Below are positions 1 to 13,152 of a stretch of DNA of 64,000 nt, piece by piece; the stretch's first letter is position 1, and every line of letters begins with the position of its first letter. The notes below the pieces were generated by a model. The model had not been told where the DNA came from. It saw only the letters and a program-made list of their open reading frames with translations, and did not search any database. The position numbers were made by a program, and so were the translations under genes. The stretch is from Octopus vulgaris (Eukaryota): contig OX597835.1 of NCBI GenBank assembly GCA_951406725.2, positions 24,428,001-24,492,000 on the forward strand, given 5' to 3'.

Positions 1-470
1 ATGGCAGAACAGGAGAAAATGGTAGTGGTGGTTGTGATGATGATGCAGATGGAAGTGTTGGTTTTAGTGGTGGTGTTGGTGGTAATAGCATACGTAGCAG
101 AAGGAAGTACAGCTGTTGACGCCAGTGTGAAGTACAGCAGATACACAAGTTGCCAGAACTGCAGTCAATGGCCTAACAACACCACCACCAACAACAACAA
201 TAACAATAATTTAGTGATACGGGAGAAGCCACAACCCACAAACATATCACAAAACACATATACACACAGACAAACACTCGCTTATACACACACACACGGA
301 AATCCTCTCAGCTCATTGATAAGGGAACTGTCTCATTAAATACGCAAACTGCGATAGCTTTCACTTTCAACAGATTCAGCATCTGGTTTTGTAAACAATA
401 TTATATATACATGCATACATATATATATATGCATGTGTATAAATATGTGTGAATGCATGTGTGCATGTGA

Positions 471-502
<32 letters not shown>

Positions 503-713
503 GTAGGCAGTCTGTGTTTCCTGAAATGGAGGTGAACACCTTTCTTCATGTGATTGGTTTGAAAAATTGCTAAGTCATGAGATGTTTTCCTACGTTTTGT
601 AGCATGAAACCAATGGTAGCCTTAATTCACAAATAAATTATATCCACTACTATAGTGTTAAGCACTCATTTTCATTGTTCAACATCTATGTGTGTGTGTC
701 TCTCCCTCCCTCC

Positions 714-787
<74 letters not shown>

Positions 788-1192
788 CACTGTGACCGAC
801 CAGGCTATCAGATGTTGCTACACATCGCTGGTCACAATGCGCTTCGCATTGTTTTAGCCAACCCGCTGGCTAAGCGAGCAGGCCAACAGAAGAAAGAGTG
901 AGAGAAAGTTGTGGCGAAAGAGTACAGTAGGGATCGCCACCACCACCTGCTGGAGTCTCGTGGAGCTTTAGGTGTTTTCGCTCAATAAACACTCACAACG
1001 CCCGGTCTGAGAATCGAAACAGCAATCCTACGACCATGAGTCCGCTACCCTAACCACTGGACCATTGTGCCTCCACATATATATATATATTCATGTATAT
1101 ATCAGCCTTCTAACTGACTTTGGAGTACCTGATTCGCGGAATTACATTACTTCGTTCATTTAGAATATGCCATTTCTGCACCTTGATTGTGA

Positions 1193-1240
<48 letters not shown>

Positions 1241-1351
1241 AAAAAATATATATTAAATGCACAAACAAATGGGAAACAGATGCAGAAGGTCACCAAATCT
1301 TCATTAGTTATCGGTCAGAAGGTCAAAAGCAATTTCGCATATATATACATA

Positions 1352-2845
1352 TCGGGTCATTCGGAATAAAATGTCTGATTTTGAACTGAAAGTTTAATTT
1401 ACTTCGTCTCAACAAAAAGCAACGCAGTGAGTTAGCAGAATCGTTAGCACACTGGGCGAAATGAATAGCGGTATTTCGTCTGTCTTTACGTTCTGAGTTC
1501 AAATCCTTCCAAGGTCGACTTTGCCTTCCATCCTTTCGGGGTCGATAAATTAAGTACCAGTTGCGTACTGGAGTTGATCTAATCGACTGCTCTACTCCCC
1601 CAAAATTTCAGGCCTTGTGCCCAGAGTAGAAAAGGAAACCAATGCAGTTAATTAAAGTATGTACCTAAACTATCAACAGAATTTTGTCATTTTATTGGTA
1701 GCCTCTTTATGCTGGCAGCAAGGAATTCTGGAGAGCAAGAGGTGATGAAATCATGAAAGGCTATTTTTGCATTTTCTTCAGATTTGAAGATTTTTTCCTT
1801 GCAAAAAGTTGTCTAATGCCTGGAAAACACAACAGTCAGTTGGTGCACGGTCTGATGAATATGGTGGATGACAGAGTACTTCCAAGTTCAGTTCCTGTAA
1901 CTTGAGTAGCATTCTTTGTGCAACATATGGTCAAGCATTGTCTTGCATGAGAATTGGTCTGTCTCTATTGACAAATCTTGATTGTTTAATTGCAAGTTCA
2001 CTCATCATTTCATCCATTTGTTTGATGTACACATCTGCTGTAATTGACTTACCAGCTCTCATGAAACGGTCGTGGATGACACCAGCACTAGACCACCAAA
2101 CAGACACCATTAACGTTTTTCGGTGACTATTTTTTTTGGGATTGTATTTGGGCATTTTGTCTCTATCCAACCACTCTGCAGAACACTTGCTATTGTTGAA
2201 AAGAATCCATTTACCATCACACATAACAATACAATGCAGAAATGGTTTGCTTTTATGCTGTGACATCAAAGAACAGCAAGTTTCAAAATGACATGTCATT
2301 TGAAGCTCGTTCAGTTCATGTGATACCCACTTGTCCAACTTCTTTACTTTGCCGATTTGTTCCAGATGGTCCAATACAGTTGGAATCAAAACATCAAACC
2401 TTGCTGCTAACTCACACATAGTTTTGAGATGTATCCACTTTCACTACAGTTTCCAGCTCATCATTATCCACCTTGGTCTCAGGTCTACCACGTGGCTGAT
2501 TTTCAAGAGTAAAGCCACCAGACTGGAACCTCTCAAACCATCAACATGAGTGCACTCATTCACCACATCTTCACCAAACACCTCACTGATCTTTTGAGCT
2601 GTCTGGAATGCATTGGCTCCATGGCAGAATTCATATGCATAAACAACTCATTTCTGATGAAAATGCCAAGCAGTACAGCATGTCGTTTCCAAATTTCTGC
2701 TATAGTGAATTGCAACATGGTGCTGTTTTTTCTCACAGACAGTGCCCAACTGACCCTACCATACTGTGTAGTTGACAAAAACAAACAATGCACATGCACA
2801 AATAAAAAATATAAAATGGCGACAATTTACCCATCGCATCCTGTA
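1352..2845 (-). mobile_element. Decayed mariner transposon, interrupted by a SINE at ~1424-1634
   Basis: ORF 1931-2419 has WVSHEL (WVPHEL), CDGKWI (GDEKW) and QDNA; PYSSDRAPTD (YSPDLAPSD) follows; stops and frameshifts. Confidence 0.9.
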
Positions 2846-4009
2846 TATGTATATGCATGATGGGGTTCTGTCTGTTTCTGACTACCAAATCCACACACAA
2901 AGTTTTAGCTGGCCGAAGGCTATAGTAGAAGACACTTGCCCAAAGTGCCATGCAGTGGGACTGAATCTGGAACCATGTGGTTGGGAAGCAAGCTTCTTAC
3001 CACCCAGCCACACCTGTGTCTATGTATACAGTTACATACATACACTTAACGCCAAATGTACATAAATGCAATATAAAACCAATACTTAAACAGGAAACTA
3101 AATGAAAGAAAACAGTTGCAAATACACACACACACGTATATATATACATTTATATATGTATAGATTTATATATGTATATACATACATCCACCCACATATG
3201 TACATAAGTTCATATACACAAATATCTATGCATATATGATGTATATACACACACACACACACACACACATATATACATTTATATATGTATATACATACAT
3301 CCACCAACATACGTACATAAGTTCATATACACAAATATCTATGCATATATGATGTATACACACACAAACACACACACATCATCATCATCATCACTACTGT
3401 GTATATCTGTATAAACTGTGTGTGTGTGTGTGTGTATGATTAAATACCTATATGTGTATGTGTATCCATGTATATATATATATATGCACATAGATGAGTG
3501 CATGTGCGCATGCGTCTGTGTGTGTGTGTGTGTGTTTATAAGTGTGCGTATATTCTACATAATCTCCTTTATCTCTTCTATGTTGTGCACACATTCTAGC
3601 CATGTGTATATACTCCCTGCCAAAACTCTGGAGACTTATGTCAAATCGCAATAACAGGAAACTTCAGATTTTTTCAAGAAAACCAGTGGAACAGGAAATG
3701 ACAATGATGATGACGATCCAGATAACAATGGTGATGGTGATGATAATGCTGCTGCTGATGATGATGATGTTGATGATTCTTTTATCTTTGACTTACTTCA
3801 GTCATTAAGCTGTGGCTATGCTGGGGCACCGCCTTGAAGAATTCTTAGTCGAATAAATCGATCCCAGTACTTATTTCTTTTTAAAGCCTGGTACTTATTC
3901 TATCGGTCTCTTTTGCAGAACTGCTAAGTTATGGGAACATAAACAAACTAACACCAGTTGTCAAGCAGTGGTAAGGGAACAAACACAGACACAAAGACAC
4001 ACACACAAC

Positions 4010-4070
<61 letters not shown>

Positions 4071-4299
4071 GCAAAATATGAGTTAGAGGTTATGCAACCA
4101 TATAAGGGATAGATGTATCCGTAGACACTACAGGTGTATTACCTCACTATGTATAGTCTTAGCTGTAAGGTATACAGTAGTTGGTAATTTAAATGTAAAA
4201 CCATGGTTTAATATATACAGAAAAGAAAAGAAATGGAGAAATAATTAAAAATGAGAAGTTGATCATTGGTATTAAAAAGTCAGTTTAATTGTAGTTCAG

Positions 4300-4384
4300 A
4301 ACCATTTACAGCCGTTTCTGTTTATCAAATCGAGGTAAATTTGCATTTATCTCATTCAATTTAACAAACATCGTCAGAATTATT
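4300..4384 (-). ncRNA. Minimal type I hammerhead ribozyme motif (Penelope pLTR type), intact core
   Basis: aataatt-CTGACGA-[15-bp stem II tgtttgttaaattga/tcgatttgataaaca]-GAAA-cggctg-TA-aatggtt; GUA triplet; stem I 6 of 7 pairs. Confidence 0.7.
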
Positions 4385-4624
4385 TAGAGGAATATAAATA
4401 GGAGAAAAGGAAAAGAAAAGAAAAGGGAAAAGCAAAAAGAAAAGCAAAAAAGTCCGTTAAGTCTTTAGGCTTACATTTTGGTGACTTTTTGGGTTCCACG
4501 TATGTCTATGTTTCCTCAATTAGATGAATGGAGCAGTAAGTGGGGAAAATGACTAGTTGACCGGCAGTGTTAGTCAAAGGAGTTATACTTGGTGGAGATA
4601 TCCAATGTTGTTAATTGTACTCTA

Positions 4625-4710
4625 AATCATTCTGACAATGTTTGTTAGACAGAAGCGAGATAAATGCAAATTTATCTCAATTTGATAAACAGAAACAGCT
4701 GTAAATGGTT
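4625..4710 (+). ncRNA. Hammerhead ribozyme motif, mirror copy, core mutated (CUGACAA)
   Basis: aatcatt-CTGACAA-stem II-GAAA-cagctg-TA-aatggtt; 7-bp stem I, palindromic stem III; G8->A consistent with CpG decay. Confidence 0.6.
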
Positions 4711-5757
4711 CTGAACTACAATTAAACTATGATTTTTTAATACCAATGATCAACTTCTCATTGTTAATTATTGCTCCATTTCTTTCCTTTTCTATATATA
4801 TATATGTATACACATATGTATACAACAGGCTTCTTTCAGTTTCTGTAAACCAAATCAACACACAAAGCTTGGGTTGGCCCAAAGGTATAGTAGAAGATAC
4901 TTACCCGACGTGTCATGAAGTGAGACTGAACCTGGAACCATGTGGTTGAGAAGTAAACTTCCATCTACCAAATCCACTCACAAGGCTTTCGTCAGCCTGA
5001 GGTTACAGTAGATGACAATTGCCTAAAGTGCCACGCGGTGGGACTGAACCCAGAACCATGTGGTTGAAAAGCAAGCTTGCATCCACCAAATCTACACACA
5101 AGGCTTTGGTTGGCTTGAAGTCATAGTGAATGACATTTACCCTAAGTGCCATCAAATGGAACTGAACCCGGAACCAAGTGATTGGGAAACAAACTTACCA
5201 CACTGCCACACCTGTGCCTATATGATTGATTATGAGGAAATATTTATTTTAGACTGCAGTATAGTGACCAACAGCATTGTTCTCTGCATGATTCCCCACA
5301 GACCAATTATTCATTTCATTGTATACCTAGCAGCAAAAGTGATACAGGCGATCTATTGTTCCATTGGTGAAGCAAATATTAAACAAGGTATTTTTATTGG
5401 AAAACATCACTTCTTTCATTTTACTGACAAATGTCAAATCCTTTTGTCACCATATTTCTGTTCAAATACACTGCTATTGTTTCAGTGGAATTTTACGAAT
5501 AATGAAGAATTTAGAAAAATAACTGTCAATATTAAGACAATGTCTGGAACAAATTAACAAGAAATTTTGATGAAAGGTTTCTTTTTTTTTTTTTAGATCA
5601 CTTTAACCCTTTTGTTACCATATTTCTACCGAAATAGACTGCGTTTGTTTCAATTAATTTTGAATTTAATGGAAAATTTAGTAAAACAAACTTAGTCATT
5701 ATTAAGCTGACATCAGGAAGATTAACATGTATCTCTGCATAATTTATCTGCATCTAC

Positions 5758-7217
5758 CTTGCTAACCTGCTTGTTTGGAAATTCTGTTCCGTTGTCTGTC
5801 TGTGAGTCTCTCATTTGCTCTATGTCAATTGCTGTCTTGATATCTAATGATTATTGTAAATAATTTTATATTCTCAGGTAATCTGACAATGTTGCGTGCA
5901 ACAATCTGTTAACCTGACAACCTATTATGAGTTTGACAAGCTGACCATCTGACGATGACAATCTGACCTTCAGTTGTTACACACATACACACACACACAC
6001 ATGCATGCATGTATGATGTATGTATGTATGCATGCATGTACATGTGTATGTGTATGTATGTTTGTGTTTATGTTTGTATGTATGTATGCATGTACATGTG
6101 TGTGTATGCGTGTGTATATGCGTGTGTGCATGTACATATATGCATGTATGTGTGCGTGCATGTATGTATATATGTACATGTGTGCATGTATCTATGCATG
6201 TATGTATGTACATGTGTGTTTTTGTGCATGTATGTATGTACATATGTGTGTGTATGTATGCATGCATGCATGTACATGTGTGTGTGTGTATGTATGTGTA
6301 TGTACGTAGGCATGAACATACATGTGTGTGCATGTATGTACATGTCTGTATGTATGCATGCATGCACATGTGTGTATGTATGTATGTATGCATGGATGTA
6401 CATGTGTGTGTGTGTATGTATGTACATGTATGTACGTAGGCATGAACATACATGTGTGTGCATGTATGTACATGTCTGTATGTATGCATGCATGCACATG
6501 TGTGTATGTATGCATGCATGTACATGTGTGTGTGTGTATGTATGTGTATGTACGTAGGCATGAACATACATGTGTGTGCATGTATGTACATGTCTGTATG
6601 TATGCATGCATGCACATGTGTGTATGTATGTATGTATGCATGGATGTACGTGTGTGTGTGAGCATGTATGTACATATGTGTGTGAGTGTACATGTATATT
6701 TGTACGTATGTATGTATATGTATGCATGCATGTATGTATGTATGTATGTACATGTGTGTATTTGTGCATGCATGCATGCAAATGTGCACTCCTTTCCATC
6801 CGAAGCCCCATGGAAGATCAGTTGTAAGCAACATCTTTCCTCCTAGACTGGCTAATTCAACGTGTGTTAGACTGTGAAACGACTCGCAAGTTGATTTTAG
6901 GTTTGGAGAGCCACATGGAGGTTCACAGGGATCATGTCTCACAAAGTGACTCAATCAGTCCAGTGGAAGTTATGACTTTCATCTGTCTTCTTCACTCCAA
7001 ACGAAGGCAGATTTGCAGCAGGACTGAATGACTCACAAGAGGTTGTCAGATTGACAGATTGTCAGGCTAACAACATTGTCAGATTGGCTGAGAATTTATA
7101 AGTATTTACAATAATCAATAGCTATCAAGATAGCAATTGACATCAAGTAAATGAAAGACATACAGACAGACAATGAAACAGAATTTCCAGACTGAGCCAA
7201 AAAAGTAGGTTAGCAAA
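5758..7217. repeat. Diverged long inverted repeat (5758-5922 / 7041-7217) enclosing a compound microsatellite
   Basis: ttgctaacctgc...aaattctgttccgttgtctgtctg...ctgacaacc vs ggttgtcag...cagacagacaatgaaacagaatttcc...gtaggttagcaa. Confidence 0.75.
5980..6780. repeat. Compound (TGTA/TGCA) microsatellite with ~120-130-bp higher-order repeat
   Basis: gtacgtaggcatgaacatacatg recurs at ~6302, 6432, 6550. Confidence 0.85.
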
Positions 7218-8227
7218 ATAAAGATGATGATGATGATGGTGATGATGAAAGTAATGATGATGATAGTGATGATGATGATGACGATTGTGATGAAGTTGGT
7301 GATGATAGTGATAATGATGATGACAATGAAGATGATGATGATAGTGATGACGATGAAGATGATGATGATAGTGATGATGATGATGATGATGTCGATAGAA
7401 AGTAGAAAGTCATCCAATCCCACCCGGATATGCAAGACTAATTATAATAATTTCTGAATTAATAAAACTAATTAACCAGAACATTGTTAACGGCGTTGAT
7501 AATCTAGAGATGCATAGAGAAGTGGTGGAGGTGGTCGTTGTCGTCATGGTCGTTGGTAGAGACGTTACTAAGTATAAACTTAGCAGTAGGGTGGTGGTGG
7601 TGATGGTGGGTGTTGGGGTGATACTGATAGTGCTGGTTGTGATGGTGGTGGGAGTAGTGGTAATGGTGTAGTGGTGATGGTGGTGGTGGTGGTTGTGGTG
7701 ATGGTAGTGGTTGTGGTGGTGCTACTGGTAAAGATGGTGCTGGCTGAGATGGCGGCGGTAGTAGTGGTGGTGATAGTGGTGGAGGTCATGCTGATGATGA
7801 TGGTGATGATGGCAGATGCAGGTACAAACTTCGATGTTAGTGGTAGTGGTGGTGCTTGAGGTGAATGGTTGAGAAATAGTGAATATATAGAAAGGGGGAC
7901 ACAGGGGGGTAGGGAAAGGACACATAAAAAAAAGAAAACGTAAAAATGGCTAAGAAAGGATGAGAAGAGACAAAACAGAGAGAGGAGGAAAGAGTAGGAA
8001 AGAAAGAGAGAGAGAAGGGAAGCAAGAGAGAGAGAGAGAGGTGGGGGCTGAAATCAGGAGGAGGAGGAAGAGGAAAATTTGTTCTGGGTGCTTGTGGGAG
8101 AATAAGCTTTGCTAACTGATACCCAAGAAGCAGACTGTGGGGTGTTAAGCTGGGGGGGGGGCTCATGTAACTGGGACCAATGTTGTTGCTGTTACTGTTG
8201 GAGTGGTCATAGTTGTTTAGCCCCAGG

Positions 8228-9075
8228 TCAGTTTTTGGGAATGCAAAAGGCATTGTGCTTATTGACTATCTTCAAAAGGGCCAAACCACCAATGGAGAGT
8301 ACTTGCTGAAGCAGTTACAAAAGGCTATCAGGACCGAATGTCCAGGGAAATTGATGATAGGGGTCTTGTTTAATAAGGACAATGTTCCAGCACACAAGTC
8401 TTTGATTTCAATGGCTGTTGTGTATGATTGTGGCTTTGAACTGGTTGATCAACCTCCTTATATTCCTGATTTGACCCCATCTGATTATCATTTGTTCCCC
8501 AACACGAAAAAACACTTGGGCTGGGAATTGGTATCACAGTGCTAATGACATCATATCTGCTGTTGATAACATTTTTGACATTTTTGACAAACAGTGCTGA
8601 TGACAACATTTTTGACCAAAAGTGCTGATGACATCATATTTGCTGTTGACAACATTTTTGACATTTTTGACCAACAGTGCTGATGACATCATATCTGATG
8701 TTGACAATGTTTTTAACATTTTTGACTAACAATGCTGATGACATCATATCTGCTGTTGACAACATTTTTGACATTTTTGACCAACAGTGCTGATGACATC
8801 ATATCTGCTGTTGACAACATTTTTGACATTTTTGACCAACAGTGCTGATGACATCATATCTGCAGTTGACAACATTTTTGACCAACAATGCTGATGACAT
8901 ATCTGCTGTTGACAACAGGATGAAAGTTTCTTTCACCAATGGGATCGAAGCAGTGCAACACCAATGAAAGAAGTGTGTGGACTGCGAAAGGGGACTATGT
9001 TGAAAAATAAATCTCATTTGGTCACATTGCATGATAGGATCTTCGTCAGTTTATGAAATCTGCAGCCAATCATTG
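8228..9075 (+). mobile_element. Mariner transposase C-terminal remnant
   Basis: KGIVLIDYLQKGQTTNGEY...KDNVPAHKS...QPPYIPDLTPSDYHLFP, resuming after a minisatellite with ...KKCVDC.GDYVEK*. Confidence 0.9.
8536..8916 (+). repeat. 55-bp minisatellite inside the mariner coding sequence
   Basis: Unit caacagtgctgatgacatcatatctgctgttgacaacatttttgacatttttgac at 8672, 8727, 8782, 8837 plus partial copies. Confidence 0.9.
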
Positions 9076-10493
9076 AATACCATAGTTCAGATACACAACC
9101 TTCATCTTACACCATAGTCTCTCTTTTCCTCTGTGTCTCTGAACACACACACTATTTTTAATCTCTTACTCTCTCTCCCACATACACAATATAGTCTCTC
9201 TGTCTCTCTCTAAACACACACACACACACACATTTGCAAACACACACACACACACACACTCATGCACTCACATACACACACACTCACAAACATATGCACA
9301 CACACCACACTTAGGACACACTAGTCTCTCTCTCTCTCTCTCTCTCTCTCTAAACACACATATACTATTCTCTCTACCCCTTCCACATCAAACTCCATCT
9401 CTCACTCTCTCTCTCTTGTACACAGAATGAAGATTGTCAATGATGGTGGTGGTGGTGGTGGAGGTGATGGTGCTTGTGATGGTGGTGCCAGATGAAATGT
9501 GCTGATGTGTCAGTGACCAAAACTATTGTCAAACTACCAAAGGCATTAAACCCATGGACCATTCCATATATTTTAGACACAGTCTACCCTGGATTACTTT
9601 AGCCAATGTGCAAGGTTTCAGTGAGAATAGGCTGCTGTTTCTAGCATGTCATGCAACGATGCCAAGGCTCCCTCTGACATGATTGATTTTGATGATAATG
9701 GTGGTGGCAGTGGTGGTGGTGGTGGTGATACTGGTAGCAGTGGAGGTGGTAGTGTTGATGGAGATGTTGATAATCGTAGGATGAAGGGGTGGGGACTGGG
9801 GTGGGGTGTAGCAGTGATGATGATGGTGATGATGATGGTGATGACTGCAGGTGTAGGAATGTTAGTGATGTTGATGCTGGTAATGGTGGTGGTAGTGGTG
9901 GTGATGATGATGATGATGATGATAATGGTGATGGTGGTAGTGGTAGGAGGGGTACATTGTTCTAATGCACTCAGTAACCTCTACATCAATGATTTCTCTT
10001 CTCTGCAGAGCAGACAGAGAAGAGTTAGCAATTATGCTATGGCTCCTTCAGTGTGTGTGTGTGTATGTGTGTGTGTGTGTGTGTGGATGATGATGTTTTT
10101 ATGATGTGTGTGTGGAGGGGAGAGGTTCTGCATTAGAATGCAACGAGTGCGGGTTGGGGGATACACGAAGGTGATCAGAGGGTACCTATTTTTGAAATTA
10201 GGCTAACTTTGTGAAGTACAACACTAGCACCACCGCCGCCGCCACCACTACTGCTGCCACCACCACCACCACCACTACCATCACCATGCCTGTCTCCTCA
10301 CTTCCACAAAGCACTTCTTCAGACCACCATGCCCCCACCTACAGATTGGATTAGAGAGGGGAAGAGAGAGAGACAGATTTATAAGAGAGAAAGAGAAAGA
10401 CAGGGAGAAGAAGAGTAAATGGAGCAAACAAGGATGGGGAGGGAGAGAGACTGAATGGCATCTTCTACTACTACTACTACTACCCCAACAATA

Positions 10494-10536
<43 letters not shown>

Positions 10537-10915
10537 AAAAAATATATATAAAAATACAAAATGGGACAAGAACGCAAAACACTCAAATAGCCGGCACAAA
10601 AAACGGACGGGTCATTCGAAGCCTCTAATCTTCAGTCAAGAACCGGATCATCCTCGCAATTTCGGCTGATTAATATATATATATATAATATAGAGTGCAG
10701 TCACCATATTTCATTCTATAATGGCTACCTCTGATGTGCACAGGGTTACACAATCAGACTGTTACCTAACACTCTGTTGAACCACTGGTGTGAAACCGAT
10801 TGAAAAGATCAGCTGTAATGTATATTTAATATTATACACTTTGATTAATATAATTAATAAATATATATATGAGAAAATGAGATGACAAAGGAATAAATGA
10901 TTATCTTATGACCTT

Positions 10916-11004
10916 CCTTAGCTTACAGCTGTTTCTGCTATAAGATGCAGTGGACTCATAGTTGAGTGCCTGAGTAACACCTTATAGCTTCATCAGAGCC
11001 TTGG
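10916..11004 (-). ncRNA. Minimal type I hammerhead ribozyme motif, intact core
   Basis: ccaaggct-CTGATGA-a-gctataaggtgt...gcatcttatagc-a-GAAA-cagctg-TA-agctaagg; 12-bp stem II (closing A.A mismatch), palindromic stem III CAGCTG, GUA triplet. Confidence 0.7.
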
Positions 11005-13070
11005 ACTGAAGCATATGCATTTTGAGTACTACACCAGGTTATTAGTCTTGCAATGCCTAAGTGAAACACGCACAAATATAAGATAAACACAAGTATAAAT
11101 TATTAGTTGCTACATATGTATCACCATTGCAGTTGTATAGAATTCAGTATTGTATGTTCCAAGTGCAGTTGGATGCTTAACCACAATGGATCATCAGGGG
11201 AGCACTTTATCACACTTTGTTGCAGAGATCTGGTACCTTAATTTTACCCCATGCATGATCTGTGTATCGTATCTAGTAACACTGCTAAGTACAGAAGTCG
11301 ACTAATCTCTGTACTAAAAGCTGATTGGATAACGATAAGCTATGTGGAGCTCCGACTCATACAGTAGAAGCCGCACACCTGACTATACACACACAATGTT
11401 TGTGCATATGTGTGTGTGTGTGTGCGTTTGAACTGTGTGGTGTGATTTTCAACAACACAGAAACCATGCCAAATCAGACTGGAACCAGATGCAGCTCTCC
11501 AGCTTACCAGTTCTAGTCAAACTGTCCAACCCATGCCAACATGAAAAGTGGACATTAAATGGTGATGATGATGATGATGAGTATAACACTTGATCAGCTA
11601 AGAGATTAAAGATATTATTTTATTGTTCATATAGGCATAGGAGTGGTTGTGTGGTAAATAGCTTGCTTACAAACCACATGGTTCTGGGTTCAGTCTCACT
11701 GAACCAAAACAGACTATGGAACCTGGTATGAACCCTGGCTTTGCCAGTTTCTGTCAAGCTGTCCAACCCATGCCAGCATGGAAAGCAGACCTTAAATGTT
11801 GTTGATGATGATGATGATGATTTACATTAGAATCTTAACCAATAATTGATAATTAGTCTAATGGGCTAACATCTTGTCACAAACATCAAACCAAAGTGGG
11901 ATACCTTCAACATTAGTAAACCACTGTATTTACTCATTTATTCACATATAAGTTGCAACCCCTAATTTAGCTGCTCTCCTGCAAGAAATCCATTCTGCTC
12001 TGGCCCCTTCTTTTGTAACCCCACATCTCCTAGTATAGAGCAAATCCCCTGCTTTATGATTCCGAGTCCTGCAAGCTGCTTGGCAACTTCATTCATGCAG
12101 CTGCCATGTAAAAACCACCCAGAACACTCTGTGGAGTTGTTCATGTTAGGAAGGGCAACCAGCTGTAGAACACAAAACAAAACAGACTATGGAACCTGCT
12201 GTGGCCCCTGACCTTGCCAGTTCCATCCAACCCATGCCAACACAAAAAGCGGATGCTAAATGTTGTTGATGATGATGATGGTTGATAGTGATAAAGTTTT
12301 GTATCATTCTGTTTTTTTCTAAAGACTTCTTTACATAATTAATAATTTTTGGTTGATCTTTTTATCTTTTACTTGTTTCAGGCATTAGACTGTGGCCATG
12401 TTGGAGCACCACCTTCAAGAGTTTTTAGCTGAATGTATGGATTCCAGTTCTTATCTTTTAAAGGTGTGGTTCTTATTCTATTGATCTCTTTTGCTGAACC
12501 ACTAAGTTATGGGGATGTAAGCACATCAGCATCGGCTGTCAAGCGATGTTGGGGGTACAAACACACACACACACATATATATACAATGGGCTTCTTTCAG
12601 TTTCTGTCTGCCAAATCCACTCACAAGGCTTTCCTTGGTCATCCTGAGGCTATAGTTAGAAGACACTTGCCCAAGGTGCCACACAGTGGGACTGAACCCG
12701 AGAACCATGTGGTTGGTAAGCAAGCTACTTACTACACAGACACATCTGCGCCTATATACACACACATACATATATACAATGGGCTTCTTTCAGTTTCCAT
12801 CTCCCATATCCTCTCACAAAATTTTCGTCAGCCCATAGCTACAATAGAAGACTCTTGGATGGACTGTTGAAAGGGGAAGGTGGGAAAGGGAATGGATAGA
12901 CTGATGTATGAGCAGATTTGGAGGATGGAGGTAGGGGTCATTTGGTTTATCAATTGATGGACACAGACAGAAAGATAGATATATATAGTGAGATGGCAAG
13001 AAAAGGATATAGATAAATAGACAGAAATTTTGTTTTTGCATTTGGCTTGCAAGATTCTTGATGTGATCTG

Positions 13071-13152
<82 letters not shown>

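Larger units (their letters stand above)
4210..4800. mobile_element. Penelope-like fold-back (inverted pseudo-LTR) element
   Basis: About 180-bp inverted arms (4210-4390 / 4620-4800), each carrying a hammerhead motif; sits in the (TG)n/(TA)n tract of a SINE. Confidence 0.65.

Noticed and set aside
336-400. Possible next NT5C2 exon (expected YKSPEYE..GF)
   Set aside because: No frame matches cN-II; no such exon was seen in 1-15493, so it probably lies outside the window.
5970-6954. Long ORFs (up to 325 aa) rich in H/T/Y/M/C/V; likewise at 24.9-25.8, 30, 38.4 and 55.6-57 kb
   Set aside because: Translations of stop-free microsatellites, open in several frames on both strands.
8536-8916. CRISPR-like regular repeats
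   Set aside because: Contiguous tandem units without unique spacers; derived from a mariner in a eukaryotic genome.
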